Origin: TPA_inf: Saccharomyces | Taxonomy: Eukaryota | Reading direction: 5' to 3' | DNA: 64,000 nt | Assembly (NCBI GenBank): GCA_000146045.2 | Contig: BK006945.2 | Location: forward strand, 192,001-256,000 | In this document: positions 56,717 through 64,000 of the stretch, in pieces | Layout of the letters: every line of letters starts with the position of its first letter | Numbering within the stretch: the first letter of the stretch is position 1 | Made by a program: the position numbers and the translations under genes | The notes under the pieces: generated by a model | Databases searched by the model: none | What the model saw: the letters and a program-made list of their open reading frames with translations, nothing else | What the model was told of the DNA's origin: nothing

Positions 56717-58860
56717 TTAATGACTCCGGTGGTCGTGATTGTAATCTTGATAACAATCGCGATCATGATCACGTTCTTTAGCCTCATTATCGAACAGTAC
56801 TGGAGGTGAATAGGCACACCGTTTATCTAAAAGTTCCATGATCGTGGATTGGTCCCTCAAGATGGAATCATACGTATCTACACCACCGTATCTACTAGTG
56901 GTAAATCTCAAAATATCCCCAGTGTTGCCACGGTTCAAAACATCAATGTGGTCCAGTAATAGCTCATACGGATTCGTTCGTGGACGAGGCAGTGCTCCTC
57001 TATGAATATTGAACCGATGTTTAATTTTCCACATCTGAGATTCTAATTCAGAATAGTTTCGACGTCTTGCGTCCAATTCTGATTGCGTCCTTGGTTTAAC
57101 TTCGTAATATAATTGTCTATGTAAGTCTTGGTATTCTTTGGCGAACATAAAGTGATTTGACCTTAATTGCAACTCCAAGCTGCTTGTAGTATATGGTCTT
57201 TTCATATCATTTGATTTATCCTTACTCGACCTTTTAATAGAAAACCTCCTGATGAAGTGTGGCACAGCAACCACTCCAAATTTTTCTAGAGGCTTTGTGG
57301 GCTTTGTTGAGCTTCTTTTGTCAATTCCAAGGCAAGAAAAGTCGTCTTCATCGGCCAAATATTCATCTTCAAATGTATGTATCGTATCATCAGGCAAGTG
57401 TTTATCATCGTAGCCTGTATCTGCTTTAGTTGGAGATTTTACTCGTTTTTGACCACCAGATGTATTTGCGTCGCAATTGCTAATGTATTCTGCACCTAAA
57501 TACAACTTTTCTAAGTCCGCTGGTAAAGCTGGATCATTGACACCCAGTGGACTTGTCATCGTGAATCGTTGTGTTAAACTAATGAAAGAACCTTCCTTTA
57601 CATTTTTGTCCACTCTGTTTTTGCCTTTATCTTGATCCTCGTTATCACCATCGGTAAAATCTTGGCCGCTATTAATTCCTGAAGCAACGTTAATACCACC
57701 ACCAATCCTGCTGTCCAACATCGACAAGGCATGCTCACACCTTCCACCATTTATTGATAGCCCACTTAGTGTCAGTAACCTCGTATAGAATCCATATAGG
57801 AAATTTAAATTTGAACACGAAACACCATACTTTTTGGCCAAAATGATGGGCTGATGCAAAAGAATTTGAGCAGGATATTCAAATCGGTGGTAGAAACAAT
57901 AAGGCTCAAACGGTAAGGATAAATATTCCGGATGTTCGTTTGCCGTAGAGTTGATAAGTTGCAGTTTTTTACCTTTGCAATATTCTACGATTTTCCCAAA
58001 ATTAATCTCTTCTTCACCTTGTGATTTTACTAGCAAAAACCTTGCAATTTTGCTTCCACATTGTGCAAAGCAAATTCCAAGTAACTCTTTCACCAGATCT
58101 TTAAAAATAATTTCTGTGGATTTGTTTTCTAACATTTTCTCATAATCAAATTGTTCATAGATGATAGAAAGGATGTTAAGTGAGATTTTAGGAATAAGCA
58201 ATTCCCACATTTTCAATGCCATTTGTTTTGGGTCCAAAATTAATTTAGATTTCATCCATTTCGCAACGGTCAATCCAAGAAGGAACCTGCGAACATTTGA
58301 ACCCTTAATCCCTTGCAATTCTAACGAAGCTGCTTTCGTGTTTTCCAGAATGGTTGGACTTGCTTCAAAATTAGCATCACAATAAGTTAATCCCAAAGTT
58401 ATTACACATTGATCGTCGTTGACCAATGCATATGATCCAAGCGATAACTGTCTGCATTCAACCTCACACGAAATGGAAATAACACACTTGCACTTCCCTC
58501 CAAAATAACTTATGGCTATGGGCTCCAGTTCGCAACCAAAATCAGTGCTAATAAGCACAGTCGTATTGTCGTTCGTGTAATCTGACAACAATCGACAAGT
58601 TGTTTCGAAAGACTGTAAGGAAATTGCAGACACTAACACAATGTCAATTGAATACGTATTTGCACCGTTATGTTTTAATTTGTGGTGCAGCTCTTTAATA
58701 TCCTTAGTGAGAATGTTTGGCGTGTAGAAATTGGCGCCTAGTTTTGTCGATTTCCAGGCAACTAACTCGTCACTAGACACATATTGCGAGACCAGTATTA
58801 TAAAAGAGTTGCTCAAACTTAGTCTCCATCCTAGAAATTGTGCTGCTGGTGTTTCTCCAA
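56717..58860 (-). CDS. OSW2: outer spore wall protein 2, exon 2 of 2
   Basis: The long open frame on the minus strand begins immediately after a 3' splice site (TTTTTTTTACAG|TTGGAG at 58861/58860). The ORF-track M at 58816 is a TTG codon. Exon 1 (31 nt) plus exon 2 (2144 nt) gives 725 codons, which is 724 aa plus the stop and equals the known OSW2 length. Confidence 0.85.
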
Positions 58861-58947
58861 CTGTAAAAAAAAGGAAATTTAAATTTACATTTATATGTTA
58901 GTAAATTTTTGTTCGAATGTCTGTTTTCTTAAACTTCTTTGCCATAC
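58861..58947 (-). other. OSW2 intron, 87 nt
   Basis: On the minus strand it reads G|GTATGGCAAAG...TTTACTAACATATAAATG...TTTTTTTTACAG|. The branch point TACTAAC is canonical. The 5' splice site GTATGG differs from the GTATGT consensus at position +6. Confidence 0.8.
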
Positions 58948-58978
58948 CTATTAAGCACGTTAATTGGTTTTCTTCCAT
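58948..58978 (-). CDS. OSW2: outer spore wall protein 2, exon 1 of 2 (10 codons plus 1 nt)
   Basis: Minus-strand ATG at 58976-58978: ATG GAA GAA AAC CAA TTA ACG TGC TTA ATA G, encoding MEENQLTCLI. It splices to TT GGA GAA ..., which continues as V-GETPAAQFLGWRLSLSNSFIILVSQ... Confidence 0.8.
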
Positions 58979-59230
58979 AACTAATGCGAGTTCTTGCCTT
59001 CAAAAAAAGAAAGAAAGGCTTAGGAATACAATTTGAACTAGTATTTGTATCGTGCGTCTATGTGCTTTTGTTAATATGAAGCGTATTATTAACTCCATTC
59101 ATTTTACTTTTCATTCAAATTTTGATAGTATAATATGCCTTTGTCTGCCCGGACCCTGAATTACTGACACAAAATGAAGGGATCAGTGGCCCTGAAAAAA
59201 AAAAAAAAAAAATAAACGGCGCGCGGAGTA

Positions 59231-59265
59231 ATTATGATTATGATTATGGTTATGATTATTATTAC
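59231..59265 (+). repeat. (GATTAT)n microsatellite, about 5 units, just downstream of an A18 tract (59195-59212) in the SPT8 3' flank
   Basis: ATTATGATTATGATTATGGTTATGATTATTATTAC, read directly from the sequence. Confidence 0.85.
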
Positions 59266-59271
59266 AACTCA

Positions 59272-61080
59272 CTATTCTAAGTCTATATCGTAAATAAGGG
59301 TCGTGTCCGTAGAATTCCCCTGCCAGCCTCTGTTGCCACTTGTGCTTATTATAAATCTTGAAGTGGGGTCGAGGTATAAGTTTGATATAATACCACCGTG
59401 ATGGCCCGGCACGATGAGGAACGGCACTTTAGAACTCTTTGTAGTCGAATTCGAAGCATCTACTGCAATTTCAACGTTGTACAATCTGATATTATCCCGC
59501 GATGCACATAGTAAATGCTTGTTATTAGGCATGGCTTTAACACAAGAGACAGGCCCTGAAATAGAAGGCAGTTTCAAATTATGGATAGGTTTCGAGGGCA
59601 TCTTCAAGTCAAACTGCTCCACACAGGCATTCCTTCTCCCTGCATACACATGATCACCATCTACACCCCAACATGCGGACAAACACCACGGTGGGACGCC
59701 TGCACCTCTCTCCAGAGACAATGCTGGCGACTGCGTCATGCGTCGGTCCCAAATATGCACGGAACCGTTCAACCCTGAGGTCATAAAAACGGATTCATCA
59801 TAGACTATGTTCAAAGATTCTTCAGATATCTGTTCTTTGTTCTCTTCACCATTAGAACCATCCCCCGTCTCGACGGGTTCGTTGCCAGCATCTTGCTTTT
59901 CGTCTTCGTCTTCATCACCAAACAGAGAATCCATATCGTCATCTGCATTTTCATTCTCTTTACCACTGTTGACGTTACCGGACACATCCACGGACGAGTA
60001 CAGCGGCCGCATTTCCAAAGATGACAATTCAGACCTTGATTTTTTAAACTCATTAACTATGTCACCCGTCTGCAAATCCCATTCCAAAAGACGCTTATCC
60101 CAGGAACCACTCAAAAACCTGTCCTCTTGACCGTTTAATCTCAGTATGTTAACGATTTGGGTATGTCCATTCCTGCCCTTAAAATAGTGCGCAATGCTCC
60201 CCTCCATGTAGCGAACGCCCTGCATGGTAATCCCACCATTCTGTAGCCCGCTCAGTATAAAGAGGCATTCGCTTTGGACTTCCAAAGAATGAACGGGGCT
60301 AACTTTGGGCTCGTAATCTGTCTTATTAGCGGAGAGTTTCATTTCTGATTTTTTCTGCGGGATCTCATTTTCCCAGTACGACTGCAAGATACCCGCGTTC
60401 TGAATAGACTCAGCCAACGAATGCTTCTGCAGGATAGTTAGAGAAAGTTTCCCCTCAAGCGTGTTCAGCAAGTCGTACTTCCTTATGTATCCATCGCTAC
60501 CGCCCAAAAACAGGTACTTGAGACCCCTGGACACGGCCAACGCATTGACGTGCGTCTGGATGGGTATGGCTGCCGTGGGGTAGATATTGTACGAATCCGC
60601 AATCTGTGCGGCATTCAACATGTGCTTATAGTACTCATAAACCTCTCCATTAGCAGAGGCTTCGTGTGTAGAGGAAGATGCTTCCCTGGACCCCACTCCT
60701 CCATCAACATCGCTCAATTTCACATCCTCGGATCCAATCTTAGTAACAGCATCGCCACTATCGCCTGCACCGCCAGCACCAGCAGCAGCAGCCTTTTGCT
60801 CATCATGCTGGTGCTCATTCGTCGGTGTAGCAGTCTTATCCATTCTTGCGGCGTCGTCCTCACCATCGTCGTCCTCCTGTTCATCGTCGTCCTCTCGTTC
60901 GTCCTCGTCATCATCATCGTCCTCATCATCATCATCGTCATCCTCTTCATCTTCACCACCGTCATCATTCCCCTCGAGGTCCTGCTTTGAGTCGTTTTCC
61001 AGCCCACTCAGCATCTCTTCGTCATCCTCCTCGTCATCCACCACCTGGTTGTTAATTAGAATATCGTCAACCTCGTCCAT
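59272..61080 (-). CDS. SPT8: SAGA complex subunit Spt8 (WD40 repeats, acidic N-terminus)
   Basis: 602 aa with ATG at 61078-61080. It has a long Asp/Glu tract (DEEDDEEM...DDGGEDEEDDDDDDEDDDDDEDEREDDDEQEDDDGEDD) followed by WD40 repeats. Length matches YLR055C. Confidence 0.88.
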   Translation of the reverse strand: MDEVDDILINNQVVDDEEDDEEMLSGLENDSKQDLEGNDDGGEDEEDDDDDDEDDDDDEDEREDDDEQEDDDGEDDAARMDKTATPTNEHQHDEQKAAAAGAGGAGDSGDAVTKIGSEDVKLSDVDGGVGSREASSSTHEASANGEVYEYYKHMLNAAQIADSYNIYPTAAIPIQTHVNALAVSRGLKYLFLGGSDGYIRKYDLLNTLEGKLSLTILQKHSLAESIQNAGILQSYWENEIPQKKSEMKLSANKTDYEPKVSPVHSLEVQSECLFILSGLQNGGITMQGVRYMEGSIAHYFKGRNGHTQIVNILRLNGQEDRFLSGSWDKRLLEWDLQTGDIVNEFKKSRSELSSLEMRPLYSSVDVSGNVNSGKENENADDDMDSLFGDEDEDEKQDAGNEPVETGDGSNGEENKEQISEESLNIVYDESVFMTSGLNGSVHIWDRRMTQSPALSLERGAGVPPWCLSACWGVDGDHVYAGRRNACVEQFDLKMPSKPIHNLKLPSISGPVSCVKAMPNNKHLLCASRDNIRLYNVEIAVDASNSTTKSSKVPFLIVPGHHGGIISNLYLDPTSRFIISTSGNRGWQGNSTDTTLIYDIDLE

Positions 61081-61441
61081 TACGTAAAAGAAGAAAAAAA
61101 AAAAAACTGAGCCTTTAGTACACTACAGTTACTGCTACAGCCTTTTACAGCCCAGCATCTGGCACCACTACGCTATAATATATGATGCGTCTATTATGCT
61201 AGAATCCTTCCTGAAAGGGCATTCTGGAAGCCCTACGTACAGAGTGACAATATATTAGGGCATCCATAAAAATAGATTAGGGCAGCTCTGCCATTTTTTT
61301 CATAGCCGAAAGAAGAAAAACTGAAAAAAAAAATGATACGAAAAAACCGCGAAACGACGCCTTTTGTTGCGATTGTCGGGCATCGCAAGTTACGACGCGT
61401 TGTCCCTTGCATCGCTGCCGTGTGGCACGACCCACTGCGGC

Positions 61442-61453
61442 CTAAACGACCGA
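61442..61453 (+). promoter_or_regulatory. left arm (CTAAACGACCGA) of a 12-bp perfect inverted repeat in the ERG3 promoter; it contains an inverted AR1/SRE-like core, CTAAACGA
   Basis: The reverse complement of 61442-61453 is exactly the sequence at 61499-61510 (TCGGTCGTTTAG). The arms are separated by a 45-bp GC-rich spacer that contains two CCCGGG sites. Confidence 0.6.
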
Positions 61454-61498
61454 GATCGGTGCCCGGGGCAGACCACCCGAAAACTCCCGGGCATTATT

Positions 61499-61510
61499 TC
61501 GGTCGTTTAG
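61499..61510 (+). promoter_or_regulatory. right arm (TCGGTCGTTTAG) of the same inverted repeat; it contains TCGTTTAG, an AR1-type Upc2/Ecm22 element
   Basis: See the left arm. The TCGTTYAG consensus is matched exactly at 61503-61510. Confidence 0.6.
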
Positions 61511-61534
61511 TTGCGCCCCAGGGCAACCGGGGTG

Positions 61535-61541
61535 TATACGA
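61535..61541 (-). promoter_or_regulatory. sterol regulatory element TCGTATA (reverse orientation) in the ERG3 promoter
   Basis: Plus-strand TATACGA is the reverse complement of TCGTATA. It lies about 320 bp upstream of the ERG3 ATG. Confidence 0.55.
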
Positions 61542-61574
61542 GGCCGATGGCTGCGATAAACGAAAAATTCAGGC

Positions 61575-61581
61575 TCGTATA
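61575..61581 (+). promoter_or_regulatory. sterol regulatory element TCGTATA (forward orientation) in the ERG3 promoter
   Basis: An exact heptamer about 280 bp upstream of the ERG3 ATG. ERG genes are activated by Upc2/Ecm22 through this motif. Confidence 0.6.
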
Positions 61582-61860
61582 AGTGGCACAATAGAAGGTG
61601 AAGAAGAACAGCAGGTGCATTGAAACAAGAGGTTCAGCAGCGATCGGGTATTGTTGTTGCTGCTATTATGTAACGGTCGAAAGAAACATCGCGGTATATA
61701 TTAGAGGCGGATTTCTATCTTTCTTATCAATTCGTTTTTTCATTCACTTGTTCATTCATTCTTTACATTTGTCTTGTTCTTTGAAGTGGTTGCAGAGGAG
61801 GTCAGTTTGTTGCATTTGTAAAAAAAGATAATAAGAAAAATATTCGTCTAGATTTGAGAT

Positions 61861-62958
61861 ATGGATTTGGTCTTAGAAGTCGCTGACCATTATGTCTTAG
61901 ACGACTTGTACGCTAAAGTTCTGCCCGCTTCGTTGGCAGCTAATATTCCTGTCAAGTGGCAGAAATTGCTAGGGTTGAACAGTGGGTTCAGCAATTCTAC
62001 GATTTTGCAGGAGACTTTGAACTCCAAGAATGCCGTCAAAGAATGTAGAAGGTTCTACGGGCAGGTGCCATTCCTGTTTGATATGTCGACGACGTCTTTT
62101 GCATCGCTATTGCCTCGTTCCAGCATCTTGAGAGAATTCCTCTCACTATGGGTTATTGTTACGATCTTTGGTTTACTACTTTACTTATTCACGGCTAGTC
62201 TCAGCTACGTGTTTGTGTTTGACAAGTCGATTTTCAACCATCCTCGTTACTTGAAAAACCAAATGGCAATGGAAATCAAGTTGGCAGTCAGTGCTATCCC
62301 ATGGATGTCGATGTTGACCGTTCCATGGTTTGTTATGGAATTGAACGGCCATTCTAAACTATACATGAAGATTGATTATGAAAACCACGGTGTAAGGAAG
62401 CTCATTATCGAGTACTTCACTTTCATCTTTTTCACTGATTGCGGTGTGTATTTAGCGCACAGATGGTTGCATTGGCCAAGGGTCTACCGTGCTCTGCACA
62501 AGCCTCATCACAAGTGGCTGGTCTGCACACCTTTCGCATCTCATTCTTTCCATCCTGTAGACGGGTTTTTGCAATCCATCTCGTACCACATCTACCCATT
62601 GATTCTGCCATTACACAAGGTTTCTTATTTGATTCTGTTCACTTTTGTTAACTTTTGGACTGTTATGATTCATGACGGTCAATACCTATCAAACAATCCT
62701 GCCGTCAACGGTACTGCCTGCCACACGGTTCACCATCTATATTTCAACTACAACTACGGTCAATTCACCACTCTGTGGGACAGACTAGGGGGTTCTTACC
62801 GTAGACCAGATGACTCATTGTTTGATCCTAAGTTAAGAGATGCTAAGGAGACCTGGGACGCTCAAGTTAAGGAAGTTGAACATTTCATCAAGGAGGTCGA
62901 AGGTGATGATAATGATAGAATCTATGAAAACGACCCAAATACCAAGAAGAACAACTGA
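61861..62958 (+). CDS. ERG3: C-5 sterol desaturase (ergosterol biosynthesis)
   Basis: 365 aa with ATG at 61861. It is a fatty-acid-hydroxylase-superfamily protein with the His boxes HRWLHWP, HKPHHKW and HTVHHLYF. Length matches ERG3. Confidence 0.92.
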   Translation: MDLVLEVADHYVLDDLYAKVLPASLAANIPVKWQKLLGLNSGFSNSTILQETLNSKNAVKECRRFYGQVPFLFDMSTTSFASLLPRSSILREFLSLWVIVTIFGLLLYLFTASLSYVFVFDKSIFNHPRYLKNQMAMEIKLAVSAIPWMSMLTVPWFVMELNGHSKLYMKIDYENHGVRKLIIEYFTFIFFTDCGVYLAHRWLHWPRVYRALHKPHHKWLVCTPFASHSFHPVDGFLQSISYHIYPLILPLHKVSYLILFTFVNFWTVMIHDGQYLSNNPAVNGTACHTVHHLYFNYNYGQFTTLWDRLGGSYRRPDDSLFDPKLRDAKETWDAQVKEVEHFIKEVEGDDNDRIYENDPNTKKNN

Positions 62959-63305
62959 ATACGGTTGCCTTGTTTGTCTCATCTTTTTTCTTTCTTTCAC
63001 GTTCAAGAACTTTCACACAACGAATAACGTTTATATATTTATATACACATACATGTTTTAAGATACGCATATCATTATGATGTACACCTCACGTTAGTGC
63101 AATATGCGCTATTCGTATATTAAATTTTTGCGTTCATTTAATGGCTCTTTTTCCTATTCTAGTGAAAAAAAAAACAGAAAATCGAAGAGCTGGAAAATTT
63201 AAGAACAGGCAAATAGGAAGCTGGAAGCTTTAAAATGCCCAAGATTTCGGTGAAGCGCAAGTGTTAACTAGAAAAAGGCCGCCACTACTCTATAAGCAAA
63301 ACCTT

Positions 63306-64000
63306 ATGTCCATAGCGCGATTAGTATACTCTCTTTTCAGAAGAGTACGATCGGTTCTCTTACTTTTCATTACCATATCGCTATTGTTTTACTATACGTT
63401 CCAGAATGAAATCGATATCTTGAATTCGTACGCTTTAAACGACTCACTACCGTCCATAAACAACTATGAGCACAATACAGAAGGTTCTTCGAAACTGGAT
63501 CCTCCAGACCTATCGTCAACCGGTTCTGACCGAATAGCCACCGACAAGGAAAATGGCAACGTTGCAGTGGATTTGTCAGATCCAGCTACATTGAGAGAAA
63601 AAAACAAGTACTTTCCCTTGCTGTTAAAGGGATCGTCTCACCAGATTGGTTCGAATTTACCAATTTCGTCTCTTTTGACATATAAGGAAAAGTATCCCGT
63701 CTTGTTCGAATACTCATCACCTTCCTTAACTTCTATAAGCCAGAATGACGTTCATAAGATACAGCCGGCAATGCAATTGCCACCAGATGTTGATATGATA
63801 AAACAGATAAAGGACATTTTCATGAAATCATGGAACCAAGAGCAGTTGCTGCTGAAAAGTAACCTCAGAAGGGAATCTACTTGGCCCATAGATCTAATTG
63901 ATTCTCTAGATACATTGTATCTATGTGGCGAGACGAAACTTTTTCAAGATTCTGTTAATATAATAGAAGATTTTGACTTTCGAGTACCTCCGTTAGCAAT
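63306..64000 (+). CDS. MNL2: putative ER alpha-1,2-mannosidase-like protein (glycosyl hydrolase family 47), 5' part; the gene continues beyond the window end
   Basis: ATG at 63306. I translated manually: MSIARLVYSLFRRVRSVLLLFITISLLFYYTFQNEIDILNSYALNDS..., which is a type-II signal anchor. The frame is open to the window end. Assignment to YLR057W rests on synteny after ERG3 and is not verified by similarity search. Confidence 0.65.
   Translation, partial: MSIARLVYSLFRRVRSVLLLFITISLLFYYTFQNEIDILNSYALNDSLPSINNYEHNTEGSSKLDPPDLSSTGSDRIATDKENGNVAVDLSDPATLREKNKYFPLLLKGSSHQIGSNLPISSLLTYKEKYPVLFEYSSPSLTSISQNDVHKIQPAMQLPPDVDMIKQIKDIFMKSWNQEQLLLKSNLRRESTWPIDLIDSLDTLYLCGETKLFQDSVNIIEDFDFRVPPLA

Noticed and set aside
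2452-58816. N-terminal extensions of many ORF-track proteins (AAT2, YLR030W, YLR031W, RIC1, STU2, YLR046C, YLR049C, YLR050C, FCF2, IES3, OSW2)
   Set aside because: Checking the DNA shows the track initiates at TTG or GTG codons and prints them as M. I re-anchored these to the first ATG. This reproduces the known protein lengths in every case.
61333-61623. 96-aa ORF in the GC-rich ERG3 upstream block
   Set aside because: It is open only because of the local GC richness and coincides with the clustered regulatory motifs. It has no ATG context support and no protein-like features. I interpret it as promoter DNA.
1-64000. Search for prokaryotic-style systems (CRISPR arrays, defence operons, toxin-antitoxin pairs) and for ARS consensus matches
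   Set aside because: The sequence is clearly yeast nuclear DNA, shown by spliceosomal introns with TACTAAC, Ty1 and a Pol III tRNA. No direct-repeat/spacer arrays are present. I found only 9-10/11 matches to the ARS consensus WTTTAYRTTTW, for example around 18364 and 49821, and I do not call an origin without a proper matrix scan.

Overview
The window is eukaryotic nuclear DNA. I recognise it with high confidence as Saccharomyces cerevisiae chromosome XII, left-arm side of the YLR cluster, running from YLR024C (UBR2 N-terminus) to YLR057W (MNL2 5' part). Gene order, protein lengths and several full protein sequences match S288C-type sequence.

In window order the content is:
- UBR2 (partial), SNF7, SED5, AAT2, the H/ACA snoRNA snR30, ADE16, RPL15A.
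- The uncharacterised pair YLR030W and YLR031W, then RAD5, RSC58, SMF3, MLH2.
- tRNA-Ala(UGC), followed 124 bp upstream by a complete Ty1 retrotransposon with 338-bp LTRs and a CTTTC target-site duplication, plus an adjacent degenerate solo delta LTR.
- YLR036C, the seripauperin PAU23/DAN2, COX12, RIC1, AFB1, YLR042C, TRX1, PDC1, STU2, YLR046C, FRE8.
- RPS0B (one intron), YLR049C, YLR050C, FCF2, IES3, YLR053C, OSW2 (one intron), SPT8, ERG3, MNL2 (partial).

The supplied ORF track treats TTG and GTG as start codons and prints them as M. Several of its N-termini are therefore over-extended, and I re-anchored those to the first in-frame ATG that matches the known protein length.

I found no previously undescribed multi-gene system, and nothing prokaryotic: no CRISPR, operons or defence islands. 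The observations most worth a second look are:
1. YLR030W and YLR031W look like one gene split by an A12 homopolymer frameshift.
2. YLR046C has an ATG-less N-terminal extension that encodes a transmembrane helix.
3. The ERG3 promoter carries a cluster of Upc2-type sterol elements, two of them arranged as a 12-bp inverted repeat.
4. An internal PAU gene sits beside the Ty1/delta/tRNA cluster, with sterol-response motifs of its own upstream.
5. OSW2 has a very short intron with an atypical 5' splice site.
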